Below, piece by piece: positions 1-12,660 of a stretch of DNA of 64,000 nt. This DNA comes from Zootoca vivipara (lineage: Eukaryota). A program made the position numbers and the translations under genes. The notes beneath the pieces are model-generated. The model was given only the letters and a program-made list of their open reading frames with translations, made no database searches and was not told the DNA's origin. Location: contig NC_083277.1 in the NCBI RefSeq assembly GCF_963506605.1, positions 6,944,001 to 7,008,000 on the forward strand. Direction: 5' to 3'. Numbering within the stretch: position 1 is the stretch's first letter; each line of letters starts with the position of its first letter.

Positions 1-592
1 ATTTGAATGTATGGATTGTGGAAAGAGCTTCAGTAACAGTGGAACACTTAGAATCCACCATCGAATTCACACAGGGGAAAAACCATATAAATGCATGGAG
101 TGTGGAAAGAGCTTCACTGATAGTGGAACATTTAGAAAACATCAACGGACTCACACAGGGGAGAAACCATTTAATTGCATGGAGTGCGGTAAGAGCTTCA
201 ATGATCGTGGAACACTTAGAATCCACCTTCGAATTCACACAGGGGAAAAACCATATAAATGCATGGAGTGTGGAAAGAGCTTTATTGATAGTAAAGCACT
301 GAGAATCCATCATCAAACTCACACAGGGGAAAAGCCATTTGAATGCATGGAGTGCGGAAAGAGCTTCAGTAACAGTGGAAAACTTAGAAATCATCAACGG
401 ACTCACACAGGGGAGAAACCATTTAAATGCATGGAATGTGGAAAGTGCTTCAGTCGGAGTGGAAACCTGAATTTACATAATCAAACTCACACTGGGCAGA
501 AACCATTTAAATGCATGGAGTGTGGAAAGGGCTTCTCTGATGTTGGAAAAGTTAAAAGACATCAACGAACTCACACGGGAGAAACCATTTAA
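1..592 (+). CDS. 3' end of C2H2 zinc-finger exon, ZNF gene copy A (5' end outside window)
   Basis: ORF 11..592 has 7 CxxC-x12-HxxxH fingers with TGEKP linkers. It ends TGETI* through a 1-bp deletion, followed by decayed finger remnants to ~790. Paralog of 10046-11858. Confidence 0.9.
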   Translation, partial: FECMDCGKSFSNSGTLRIHHRIHTGEKPYKCMECGKSFTDSGTFRKHQRTHTGEKPFNCMECGKSFNDRGTLRIHLRIHTGEKPYKCMECGKSFIDSKALRIHHQTHTGEKPFECMECGKSFSNSGKLRNHQRTHTGEKPFKCMECGKCFSRSGNLNLHNQTHTGQKPFKCMECGKGFSDVGKVKRHQRTHTGETI

Positions 593-846
593 ATGCATGG
601 AGTCTTGAAAGAATTTATTTCAGAGTGGAACCCTAAATTCACACACAGGAAACTTAGAAGACATAAACAGACTCACTCAGGGACAAGCAAATAAATGTAT
701 GGAGTGTGGAAAGAGCTTCAATAGAAGTGGAAACCTTAGCAAACACCAGCAAACTCCAAAAGGGAAACCACTTACTTATATGGAGTTCCGTAGAGCTTCA
801 GTCCTGATGTTCTTACAAAACATCAATGGACTCGCAAGGAGGAAAA

Positions 847-2665
847 GACTTCCAGTCTGCCGCGCTGGTGAGAGGACGCAGAGACCTCGAGCTCCGAGGT
901 CTCTGGCATCGCGGAAGGGGGGGAAGTTCACGGGGGCACGCGGATTCCCCATAAAAACCCCGGGAAGAACGTCCCGGGGGCTTAGCAGCCCAGCGGTGCT
1001 CCTAACCCAATTCCTCCGCTGCCCGGGAGGCTCATTAGAGCCACCGAGAGCCAGCGGAGTGGAAGTCGCGGGAGCCATTTTGGGCACCACCGTCACCTCC
1101 AAGAAGTGAAGCCCCGAATCTTCAGCCTGCAAGTGGCAGATTCTTCCCATCAAAAGAAAGATCTGGACTAAGTAAGTGAAATCTCTAATTGGGACTAAGA
1201 AAAGATAATTTGGATTATAGGAAGAGGTTTTAAAAAAACGGGAGTCGATCTCTTCCTACTGCTCAACTAAGAAGTGCTAAAATGCTCCAAAGCCGAAAAG
1301 AAAACTGACTGTCTTTGAAACACCAATAAGAAAGACTTTCTCACCCCTATAAGCAGGGTGTAGAGGGGCAGATTTCTCGGTAATAAGAAAAATCCCTGCA
1401 AAAGAATAAGATTGGAAGGGGGGAAGCCCCTTCTCAATCCTGGTGCGAGCACCCTATGAGGCTCAGCAAGGAAATATTGTGAAGTAAATTTGACAGCTGT
1501 AAAAAAAGGGGGGGAGAAAGAAAGTCGTGATTGACGTTATACGATATTTGAAGAAACTGAACTGATTCAAAGATCATGAAAATGGTCAGCCAAGATGGAT
1601 TCTACTGTTCTTGAGGACGGAAATTCCATTGTCTTTTGTCCTCTGATCTCCATTCTGCTTGAGACTGGAAAAGAATGTCAACATCCGGAACATCTGCCTT
1701 CCAACAGACTGTGTTGAAATATTTGGAAATACTGGGAGATCTCTTAAAGGGACAGCAACAGTTCAGCCTACTGTTAGCAAGCACTGTGGACCAGGGACAG
1801 GATTTAAATGTTACGCTTGTAAATGAAAGGGATCTTAAAAAACAAGCTTCGGACGATGCACAACAAAACAAGGGAAAGGAAGAAGAAAGTATTCAATATG
1901 AAGAGAAGAACTGTCAAAAAACAACTGAGAAACCAACTACTGTGGGAATGCATCACCAAGATTGGGAACTGATTTTTGAAGGAAATTGGGAGGATTGGGA
2001 AAATGCAATTGGGCAAGGAAGTGAAATTGAGGGGTGGGAAAAGCAGAGGGAGGGGAAGACAAAGACTTGGATTTTAAAATGGGATAGACTTGGGGTGGGT
2101 TGAAAAAAAATGGTTAAATTGCATTCAGGCTGGTTGAAAAACGGTTTTGAAATCTTGGCTTGACAACGGAATTGCTGAACCGAATGGGGGAAAGAATCCA
2201 GGGGAGAGGAGGAGGTATATAGGATAATAAGGTTAAGAGGTATGATTAGAGATTTGAACAAATATTTGATATTTCTTGTGGGGGAGGCGGAGGAACGGCT
2301 TGGAAAAATTTTTAGGTTAACATAATAGAATTGTATGTTTAGATAGGTAGTTGGGGGGATATCTGACTCTTTCTCTCCCTGCCATCCTGGAGCCTCTTGT
2401 GGCAGGGGGGGGCTCTGGGGGGGAGGGGGAGGCGGAGGCGGAGGGAATATCAATTACAAAATGAATCACCTTTGGACGGTCACCTCTTATGGGTATCCCT
2501 AGTGGCAGGAGGGGGCCTGTGGAGAGGGGGCACGAAGAAGGTGGAAATTGTTGGATAGTTTATCTAAAGAATAAGAATTGAATTTAAGAGTAAGAAACCC
2601 GCTATGATTAAGATTAGGAAATTACGAAAACCAGGAAGAAGGGATCTGAGGAAGTCAATAAAATA
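847..2665 (+). mobile_element. L1-like non-autonomous insertion (CpG-rich 5' end, 142-aa ORF 1675-2103, A-rich tail)
   Basis: Present in copy A but absent from copy B: similarity to B stops at AGGAGGAAAAG (~846) and resumes at CAACCAAGATTCCACTGGGT (~2681). It starts GACTTCC. The 3' end GAGGAAGTCAATAAAATAA resembles other L1 tails here (e.g. ~57115). Confidence 0.5.
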
Positions 2666-3974
2666 ATGTTTAACATTCAACAACCAAGATTCCACTGGGT
2701 ACCAGCAATAGTGTGTTGTCAAATGATATCCATTCTTTTTTTCTTTTCTTTTCTTAACTTTATTGAAACTATCAAGACAATTTGTCAATCAATGTACCCA
2801 ATTACATTTCCCCCCTTTCCCCCCTCCCATCCCTCCCTCTCCCACCCTCCAAGGACTTCCCTCAGCTCCCCTCTCTGGTTTGTTTATACATTTTGTTCTC
2901 TGCATGTTATAAAATTGTACGTATCATTACCTTATCTATCATCTCTTCTACTAATAAATTTGTGAATGTTTATTCAAAACCAGCCAAGGAGTCCAAATCC
3001 TTATGTTGTCTGGTATTCGTATATAAAGTTGTATGTGAAGGTAATGTCTCACAAGTATAATAGAATATATAATATAATGTTGGATAGGGAGGAGGAGAAT
3101 CTGGAGTGCTGGGGTGAGTGATGGCGGACTGAGAGTCAGCTGATTTTTGGTCCTTGGTAGAGAGAGTTGGAAATGTTGGTGTTAGGAGTTGGGGTGGTAG
3201 TTTGGGAGCAGGAATGGTGGGATTAGTATTCTAGGAACAGCATCATAACTCCCATTGATGTAATTGCAATAAAGGAATAATTAAAGCACAAAAAGACTAA
3301 AAGCATCTTATATGTTCTGCTAATATCCAAACCCTCATATATTGTTTATATTTTATAAATTAATTGTGTTGCAACACCTCCTCATTCTTGGCTATGTGAA
3401 GGGGGAAGTGTTCAGATAAAATATTATCTCTGGGGGCATCAGGAATAAAAGGGCTGTTTAGTGGCATAACCAGGAAGGACTCTCCTCCTAGTTGCACATC
3501 TTGCATGAGGAGGGAAGGTGGTAGAGCAGAGAGTGGGCAGTGCCAGAGAGACCTCAATGCAATGGGGAGTGGACCTAAGTGTGTTCACTGCTTCACTGTA
3601 AGGTCATATCAAATTATCCCCAAGATAACACACATAGGGAAGAAACCCTACAGGTGTCTATAGTGTGCGTTTGACAGGTCCCAAACTTAAGGGTCAACTT
3701 TCTACAAATTCACAAGCTGCCTGGAGGCAGGAGCCACTTCTGAGCATTGAGGCAGCCAACAGGATGCTTCCTTTGAATGTCATAGGGGCACATGGACCTG
3801 ATGTGGCCAGTTTTCAGGGACAGATCCTGCCCAGCCATAGATCCACCACTCAGGAGGATGAGGACTGAGAATTTGGGTGCAACTTGCGCTATTAGTGTTC
3901 CCCTGAGATTTCCTGTAACAGGAATAGCAGCTCTGCTGGGGCACGTCCTTGCATACCAAAATGACTAACAAAAT

Positions 3975-4672
3975 GAATTTCAACAGTGACAAATGTCAGG
4001 CCCTGCACTTAGGAAGGACGAACCACCTGCACAAATAGAGGATGGGGGTCACCTGGCTTCCTAGCACTACATGTGAAAAGGATCTAGGGGTCTTGGTGGA
4101 CCACTAGCTTAACATGAGTCCACAGAGTGAAGCAGCAACAAAAAAAGATCTATTCTAGGCTGTGGGTTTGACTCCAACCAATGGCTTCAAGTTGCAAGAA
4201 AGGAGATTCTGACTAAACATTTGGAAACCCTCTCTGACAGCAAGAGCTGTTTGGCAGGGGAACAGACTCCCATGAGAGGTGGTGGGCTCTCCTTCCTTGG
4301 AGGTTTTTCAGCAGAGGTTGGGTGGCCACCTGTCCTGGATGCTCGAGCTGATATTCCTGCATGGCAGGGGGTTGGTCTAGATCAGGGGTCAGCACTTTTC
4401 TCAGCTGTGGGCCAGTCCACTGTCCCTCAGACCATGTGATGGGCCGGACTATATTTTTTTGGGGAAATGAACGAATTCCTATGCCCCACAAATAACCCAG
4501 AGATGCATTTTAAATAAAAGGACACATTCTACTCATGTAAAAACACGCTGATTCCCGGACCATCTGTGGGCCGGATTGAGAAGGCGATTGGGCCGCATCC
4601 GGCCCACGGGCCTGAGGTTGCCTACCCCTGGTCTAGATGACTCTTCAGGCCCCTTCCAATTCTCATATTATG
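3975..4672 (+). mobile_element. CR1 LINE 3' fragment, interrupted by a hAT MITE
   Basis: Typical CR1 RT C-terminal and 3' sequence (GAAAAGGATCTAGGGGTCTTGGTGGACC; TTCAAGTTGCAAGAAAGGAGATTC; CCCTTCCAATTCT). Confidence 0.8.
4383..4630 (+). mobile_element. hAT-type MITE
   Basis: TIRs CAGGGGTCAGCA / TGCCTACCCCTG with perfect 8-bp TSD GTCTAGAT. Same family as 61431-61681. Confidence 0.9.
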
Positions 4673-4999
4673 TGATGCTAAGGTTCTTTAAAGGGGCAGT
4701 GGGGAGAAGGGGGACAGCCCTGGATCTGGAGATCGCCAGCCCATGGAGAGGAGGGGTGGTGGAATATCTCTTCGTTACGAATGAGGAAAAATCATCGTAT
4801 TTCAATCCTGCCTTTGAACCAAAGCTGTCTTCCAAGCAGCTCACATAAAATAAGCGGATGGGTGATAGATAGATAGATATAGATAGATAGATATAATGGC
4901 AAGGGATAACACCATTTAGGGTTGTTGTAAGTTACCGTTCCAAGCCTCAAACGCGCATAACAACTCCGGTCTACTCTGCAGGGCTGTTGTAACCGGGAC

Positions 5000-6350
5000 A
5001 CCCTACGCCATGGCCCTGCCTCCCCCCACGTTGGGAAATGGGTGTAAAACTGACCAGACCCCCCCCTCTCCCGGAAATGGATTAAAAGAGATGAAGGGGG
5101 AATGTAACCTTCCTGCCGCGGAGGACTTTTTCGGAGGTGGGGAGGGGGTCTTTTTCCCTGCCTTTTCTGGGGATTGAACCTGAGATCTTCTCTGGAAAGA
5201 AACAGGATAACAGAGCTTGTTTGGAAAGAGAATTTGTGGAAGCTCTGCTTCCTAGAGAGGCAGGAAGGTTTGGAGGGGGGAGCCAAGGTTGGAGGGGGAG
5301 GGGCCGCCATTCACATTCCCAAAAGAGGAGCAGATCTGCAGATGAGGAGGAAAAAGAGGTTTATACATAACTGACTGGACTGTCCCTTTGACAGGTGAGG
5401 CTGCTGCTGATCCCTTATTTTCAAATCTGAAAGTTGACAGCTGTGTGCAGGAAAGGAAATCGGAATAGAAAAGCGAGCGATGGAAGCGGAGGGCCAAAGA
5501 GGACAAACAGGTAGAGCTACGGGGAGGGGGGGACGCGATGGGCGAGGAGAGAAATGGGGCAGAGACCCCCCAACAACAACTCACTTCCTGGGCGCTATTT
5601 GCAGAGGCCCCGATCCATGCAATCCGGCTGCAGATGCGCTGTTCCTCCCCCTGAATCTGCAGGGCACCAGGGAAAGGAGAGCGGGATTTGGGGCGAGGGG
5701 GAGATGAAAGGAAGAATGGGAGTGCTCCCCTCCCCCTTCCTTCTGTGGAAGGGCTGAGATTTGAACCGAGGCCCCAGTTCCTCACCCCTCTGCGAGTTCC
5801 GGGTTCCCCCTGGCAGGAATCCCTGGGGCGCTTTTGACTCCGCCCGGGTGCCAAGACGCGGCTTGGGGGGTCTCTTTTGTCTAGAGATGGGGAGTCCGTG
5901 GAAGGGTTAAAGGAGGCGAGAGAGGCCTGGATAGAGACCCCCCCGTCTCCCTCCTCCCTCCCCTCCCTTCCTACGAGGCTCCTCCAGATGGAGAGGTGGG
6001 CACATTGGGAGAGATTGGGCATGCAGAGCAAATAGTTAGCTGACGGGGGGCTCTGGGCGAAGGGGAGACTGGGGGGTGGAGGACAGAGGAAGTTGGGGGG
6101 CTGAGGGAGGGAGGGAAGCATCCCTGGGGGAGGAATCGAAGCCATCTTGGAAAAAGAGAGAGAGACTTGGGGGGCTGCCTGTCTTGACTTCTCCCTCCTG
6201 CGCAGGAATCTGCCATGACTTCAAGTCGACCAGGCAGAGATCCCTGAACAGAAGGCCTGATCCACCCACCCTCTCCTCCCTTGAAGCTCAGTCCTTGCCC
6301 TGCCATAAGTCCCAGATCAGCAGCTGCATGGGGCGCTGGGGGTTGTTATA
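5000..6350 (+). promoter_or_regulatory. GC/CpG-rich putative promoter and first-exon region of ZNF copy B
   Basis: Raised CpG content, splice donor GACAG|GTGAGG at ~5394, TTCCTAGAGAGG at 5249 and AAGGGTTAA at 5902. Confidence 0.45.
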
Positions 6351-6497
6351 GCGAGTCTAACCATTGGGGGAAAGAGGAAAGGGAAAAAAGCCCACTTTAT
6401 TATTTCCGCCTTCAGCAGCTTTTGTCTTAGGATCTACAGTTTCACACACATTCCTGTGTTTCTTTGGAGAAGCATCTAAAGGGTTCCTATTCAGAGA

Positions 6498-6739
6498 TTG
6501 TTGTTGTTTAGTCATTTTGTCGTGTCCGCCTCTTTGTGACCCCATGGACCAGAGCACGCCAGGCACTCCTGTCTTGCACTGCCTCCCGCAGTTTGGTCAG
6601 ACTCATGTTCGTAGCTTCGAGAACACTGTCCAACCATCTCGTTCTCCGTTGTCCCCTTCTCCTTGTGCCTTCAATCTTCCCCAACATCAGGGTCTTTTCC
6701 AGGGAGTCTCCTCTTCTCATGAGGTGGCCAAAGTACTGG
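6498..6739 (-). mobile_element. BovB (RTE) LINE 3' fragment
   Basis: Minus strand encodes YFGHLMRRGDSLEKTLMLGKIEGTRRRGQRRTRWLD, the BovB RT C-terminus, with a (CAA)n tail. Confidence 0.9.
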
Positions 6740-7571
6740 GAAAACCATAGCTTTGAATATACCCAGAGATACCTGTGCCCAACTCCTTCTCTCCATTCCA
6801 CCTGGTTTCCATTATTCCCACTCTATCATATCTCACGTCTGTGGGATTTAAGAGATTGGGAAGATCGCTATGCAAATGGGTGGGTTCCTGTGTCCCCCCC
6901 TTCAAGAACCTGCATTATTATTGTTGCAATTGTTGTTATTTATTTATTCAACCTATTAGTCTATTTCTCTTGCCCAGGGCAGCCCAAACTGACTTACAAA
7001 CTATTTTTATTGTTGCTGTTCTTGTTCTTGTTCCTGTTGTTGTTATGTTCCACGGTGACACTCTAAGGTCTTCTCTCTCATGTTTCCTGTACTTTGGGGT
7101 AGGGGCAGAGAGAAGGCTGTTCTCAGGGCCTGCTCCCCCATGAGGGAGACTGAGGCAGCCCCCTCAGGCAGCAGATGCAGAGAGGGGCAAGGAGGGGACT
7201 GAGCTGAGTGCCATTTGGCCTGCTCTGATTTAACCCCCTATCCTCTCATCCAATGGAAGGTGCTTCCCATTGCCAGTATCCTAGACACAATACAGCAGCC
7301 TCGGGAAGTCAGTGGTGCAGGATGATTTGGGAATGTGTGCAGTTGGGACTGTATCAGGAAGATGTTGGAGATCACGGAAGGAGGAGGAAATGAAATACAG
7401 AAATTCAGCATTTTCAGAAGAGGGGGAAGAAGGGGCAAGTGCACCCCACTAGATAATGCTCCCATAATCCCTGGCCATCTGCCATCTTTCCTTGGGATGA
7501 TAGTACTTTGTGTCCAAGCACATCTGGAGGGCCAGAGATGCCTCACCTCAGCATAGAAGGTTCCCCTAGGG

Positions 7572-7770
7572 CAGTGGTGTCCAAACTTTTTTCAAAGAGG
7601 GCCCGATTTGATGAAGCGAAGGGCCAGGAGGCCCGATAAAAGGGCCAACCAAAGCTGCTGACCTTTTTTTTAGAGTTGAAGTGATTTAACTTTTTAAAGA
7701 CTTTTACCACAGGAAATAAACTGCCACAGGGGCCAGATTAGGCCCCCGGAAAGGACTTTGGACATGCCTG
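7572..7770. mobile_element. hAT/Charlie-type MITE
   Basis: TIRs CAGTGGTGTCCAAA / TTTGGACATGCCTG; near-TSD CCCTAGGG / CCTTAGGG. Confidence 0.75.
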
Positions 7771-7849
7771 CCTTAGGGGCTCAGGGGCACAGTTACTTAG
7801 GAGTTGGTGGAACTGGATCTTAAGGGTTCTTGAGACCATAACACTATAA

Positions 7850-8101
7850 GAGAAGAAGAAGAAGAAGAGTTTGGATTTGATATCCCACTTTATCACTACC
7901 CGAAGGAGTTTCAAAGCAGCTAACAATCTCCTTTCCCCTCCTCCCCCACAACAGACACCCTGTGAGGTGGGTGGGGCTGAGAGACTTCAGAGAAGTGTGA
8001 CTAGCCCAAGGTCACCCAGCAGCTGCATGTGGAGGAGCGGAGACACGAACCCGGTTCCCCAGATTAGGAGTCTACCGCTCTTAACCACTACATCACACTG
8101 G
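7850..8101 (-). mobile_element. tRNA-derived CORE/MIR-like squamate SINE
   Basis: Minus strand begins CCAGTGTGATGTAGTGGTTAAGAGCGG (A box) and has a GGTTCG B box, a CORE-like GGGTGACCTTGGGCTAGTCAC segment and a (CTT)n tail. Confidence 0.75.
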
Positions 8102-8602
8102 ACACCAAGGTGTCCACACTCAGCAGCGTAGAAACCCCTGCCGACCCCTGGGGAAGGGCTTTTTAAAGGCAAACGTTCACCCCCAGAGTTGCTTGCTTAG
8201 GATGGTACAGTCGGTCCACCAAAGTACAACACCAGAGCTGCCCCCTCCCCCCGCCCTGCCTTCCTCTGCTGCTGCCCACACTAAAGATGTGTGTGGATGA
8301 AATCCCAAAAGAATTCTGGCTCCTATTCCAAAGAGGTCCAGTTGATATTCCAGAGGAAAGTATGGCTAGGATTATGAGTCACAATCATAGCTGAGAAATA
8401 CTTCCTTTCTCCAGAGTCATCTTCTTTCTTTCCTTTCCCACAATCAGTGTTATTCACCTTTAATTTTCACCTTTTTCAGTGTCGTGAATCTTTTTATCTT
8501 GTGATATTCAGATGAAGAGAGGTATAGAAATTTAATAAATAATTTGCAATAGGAGCAGAGATCGTATATCCAGAAGCCCTTGGCCACCCAGTGCAAAGGG
8601 GG

Positions 8603-8808
8603 AAGCAGCTGGAGCCTGACTGCTGGGAAGGCCAGGTTAAAACATCCAACCCAGTTATTATTGGCTATAATTATATGCCACCTGATCTCACACCCGCCTC
8701 CTGACACTGGACTATCTTAGTGGAGATTCCCTAGTCCAATATCAGGAGGCGGGTGCAAGATCAGGTGGCATATAATTATAGCAAATAATAATCAGGCTCC
8801 AGCTGCTT
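8603..8808. repeat. Long inverted repeat (foldback)
   Basis: 8655-8714 pairs with 8732-8791 at 55/60 bp, and 8603-8619 pairs with 8792-8808 at 17/17 bp. Confidence 0.9.
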
Positions 8809-9292
8809 TCCTTCTGCATCTCCAGCTCTCTCCATGCAATAATGCAAGGCTGAGAGATTCTCCTACCTGAGCATTCCTTCAGCTGACCACAAGCACCAAG
8901 CCTTGTCACTAGACATATAGGGGTCTCCAAATATGGTCAGTATGGACCTCCTGAGGCCAAAGGGACTGTGCAGGTGATTAATAAACATCTGGAGGTCAAA
9001 GGGGACAAAATGTGGCCCAAGGGGTGGAGGATTATTGTGCAGAGGATGACGAAATTCATCATGAACTTAGGACCCTGATGAATAGTAGGCAGGTTCATGG
9101 ACATAGAGCAGTTCCCTTTCCTGTGAGAAACCACTTTATTTAAAAAGTAAACCCCACAGTTCAACCGTATTCTAAGATAATGCTTCTGAAACTCATTACC
9201 ATTATTTGACATTATTTCATTTGTATTTCCTAAAAACATACGGAGGAGAGGAAAGAATGTATGAGATGTTAAAATAAGAGAATGTCCTAATT

Positions 9293-10004
9293 CAGTGATG
9301 GCGAACCTATGACACGCGTGTCAGACATGACACGCAGAGCCCTCAATGCTAGTACATGCCCCATCGGCCCATTCATGCTGTTGTCCCCCCCCATTTGTTC
9401 TCCCGCTCCTCCTCAGGCTACAGCTTGTCTCTGATCCCTTTTTGTTGTTGTTGCTGCTGCTGGTGGTAGCCAGAGATTGGTTTTTTTACCCTTTCTGTGC
9501 TGTTTTGTTCTGGCGCTTTGGCAGACGATGATTGGGCGTAACAGTGTTCGTTTTTTAACCCGTTCTGTGCTGGGTTTTTTTGGCGCTTTGGGAGACTATG
9601 TCGGTGCTGCATGTTAGTTCCAGTGAAGGTATTATTCGTCATTTATTTCTGTTCTCTTTCTCCCCCCAAAAGCACAGTAGCTTTGGGGCACCCCCTCCCA
9701 AAAAAAGCAAAGCAACTTTTGAACTAAAAAAAAAACCTCCAAAACTTTGGTCAGCAGCTCCCCCCAAAAAGCTCAACAACTCTGGGCACTTTGTGATAAA
9801 TAAGGGGGTTTTGGTTTGGTTTAGTTTGGTTTAATAATTGGTTTATTAAATACAGTTATATATTACAATTATACATTTTTGTTATTTAAACTATAAATAT
9901 CGTGAAATTATAGGTTTTTTTTCTCGAAGTGACACACCATGCGAATTATGCTCAGTTTTTTGGCGAATTTTGACACATCAAGCTCAAAAGGTTGCCCATC
10001 ACTT
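9293..10004. mobile_element. Non-autonomous hAT transposon (OposCharlie1/hAT2-like termini)
   Basis: TIRs CAGTGATGGCGAACCT / AGGTTGCCCATCACTT with perfect 8-bp TSD TCCTAATT. Confidence 0.85.
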
Positions 10005-10045
10005 TCCTAATTGATGTGTGTAATATTCCTTTGTTCTCTTCCTAG

Positions 10046-11858
10046 ATTTCCTCCCCCCCCCCTGTCGAAAGAAGACAATGGAGAAGGCAGTCAAAATTCT
10101 GGTGGACCATGTCCAATGGGGATAACGAAGAAACCATTTAAATATATGGAGCGTGGAGAGAGAGAGGAGAAGCAATCTGAAAGTATGGAGTATGGGAAGA
10201 GCTTTACTGAAAGTGGAACACTTAGAAAACATCAACGGACTCACACAGGAGAGAAACCATTTAAATGCATGGAGTGTGGAAAAAGCTTTGGTTGGCGTTC
10301 AAACCTTCGTATACATAAACACACTCACACAGGGGAGAAACCATATAAATGTATTGAGTGTGGAAAGAGCTTCAGTCAGATTGGACACCTTAAAAACCAT
10401 CAACGGACCCACACAGGGGAAAAACCATATAAATGTATGGAGTGTGGAAAGAGCTTCACTGATAGTGGAACATTTAGAAAACATCAACGGACCCACACAG
10501 GCGATAAACCTTTTAAATGCATGGAGTGTGGAAAGAGCTTCAGTCAGAGTGGGCACCTTAGATCCAATCAATGGGTTCACACAGGGGAGGAACCATTTAA
10601 ATGTATTGAGTGTGGAAAGAGCTTCTCTGAGTTTCGAAGAGTTCACAGACATCAACGGACTCACACAGGAGAGAAACCATTTAAATGTATGGAGTGTGGA
10701 AAGAGCTTCTCTGAGTTTGGAAAAGTTAAAAGACATGAACGGACTCACACAGGAGAGAAACCATTTAAATGCATGGAATGTGGAGCGAGCTTTATTAATG
10801 GTACAGCACTGACTATCCATCATCAAACTCACACAGGGGAAAAACCATTTGAATGTATGGATTGTGGAAAGAGCTTCACTTATAGTGGAGCACTAAGAAA
10901 ACATCAATGGACTCACACAGGAGAGAAACCATTTAAATGCATGGAATGTGGAGCGAGCTTTATTGATGGTACAGCACTGACTATCCATCATCAAACTCAC
11001 ACAGGGGAAAAACCATTTGAATGTATGGATTGTGGAAAGAGCTTCACTTATAGTGGAGCACTAAGAAAACATCAACGGACTCACACAGGGGAGAAACCAT
11101 TTCATTGCATGGAGTGCGGTAAGAGCTCCACTGATCATGGAACACTTAGAATCCACCATCGAATTCACACAGGGGAAAAACCATATAAATGTGTGGAGTG
11201 TGGAAAGAGCTTCACTGATAGTGGAACATTTGGAAAACATCAACAGATCCACACAGGCGATAAACTATTTAAATGCATGGAGTGTGGAAAGAGCTTTATT
11301 GATAGTAAAGCACTGAGAATCCATTATCGAACTCACACAGGGGAAAAACCATTTGAATGCATGGAGTGCGGAAAGAGCTTCAGAGACAGTGGAAAGCTTA
11401 GAAATCATCAACGGACTCACACTGGGGAGAAACCATTTAAATGCATGGAGTGTGGAAAGTGCTTCAGTCAGAGTGAACATCTGAATTCACATAATCAAAC
11501 TCACACTGGGGAGAAACCATTCAAATGCACAGAGTGCGGAAAGAGCTTTAGTCACAGTGGAACACTTAGAAAACATCAACGGACTCACACAGGGGAGAAA
11601 CCATTTCAATGCATGGAGTGTGGAAAGAGCTTCAGTCAGAATGGACACCTTAGAATTCATCAACGGAGTCACACAGGGGAGAAACCATTCAAATGCACGG
11701 AGTGCGGAAAGAGCTTCAGTCACAGTGGAACACTTAGAAAACATCAATGGGCTCACACTGGGCAGAAACCATTTAAATGCATGGAGTGTGGAAAGGGCTT
11801 CTCTGATGTTGGAAAAGTTAGAAGACATCAACGAACTCACACGGGAGAAACCATTTAA
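10046..11858 (+). CDS. C2H2 zinc-finger exon, ZNF copy B (19 fingers plus 1 degenerate)
   Basis: ORF 10011..11858 with acceptor TTCCTTTGTTCTCTTCCTAG at 10045 and canonical TGEKP-linked array. No upstream KRAB or SCAN exon recognised. Confidence 0.9.
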
Positions 11859-12660
11859 ATGTATGGAGTCTTGAAAGAGTTTATTTCAGAGTGGAACCCT
11901 AAATTCACACACAGGAAACTTAGAAGACATCAACAGACAAGCAAATAAATGTATGGAGTGTAGAAAGAGCTTCAATAGAAGTGGAAACCTTAGCAAACAC
12001 CAGCAAACTCCAAAAGGGCAACCACTTACTTATATGGAGTTCCGTAGAGCTTCAGTCCTGATGTTCTTACAAAACATCAATTGACTCACAAGGAGGAAAA
12101 GCTTTAACAGTTGAAACCCTACAATCCACAAACTGAAAAATCATAAATGGTTTGAATGGAAGGAGTGTGGGGAGTACTTCAATTGCTTTATATATACAGT
12201 GTATATCATATTAGTTATATATAATTCTATTTACAAATTTCATTTGAAAAAGGAAGCATTCACTTCCAGGTTGTTGGTGTTTGAAAGCTCCAAATATTCA
12301 AAACGTTCGACAACCGAGATTCCACTGGGTATCCAGCAATAGTGTGTTGTCCATTGATATCCATTCTTTTTTTTCTTTTCTTAAATTTATTGAAACTATC
12401 AAGACAATTTGTTAATCAATGTACCCAATTACATTTTTTCCCTTTCCCCCCTCCCATCCCTCCCTCTCCCACCCTCCAAAGACTTCCCTCAGCTCCCCTC
12501 TCTGGTTTGTTTATACATATTGTTCTCTGCATGTTTTAAAATTGTACATATCATTACCTTATCTATCATCTCTTTTACTAATAAATTTGTGAATGCTTAT
12601 TCAAAACCTGCCAAGAAGTCCAAATCCTTATGTTGTCTGGTATTCGTATATAAAGTTGTA

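Noticed and set aside
3560-3720. Faint zinc-finger-like remnant (HIGKKPYRCL*)
   Set aside because: Too degraded to call as a gene feature.
5252-6145. 297-aa minus-strand ORF
   Set aside because: Low-complexity Pro/Ser product typical of GC-rich promoter DNA.
3-11874. Alternative-frame and antisense ORFs over zinc-finger arrays (e.g. [14 protein letters not shown] repeats; also at 18, 31, 41, 50 and 63 kb)
   Set aside because: They are shadows of the repetitive 84-bp finger code, with no independent domain evidence.
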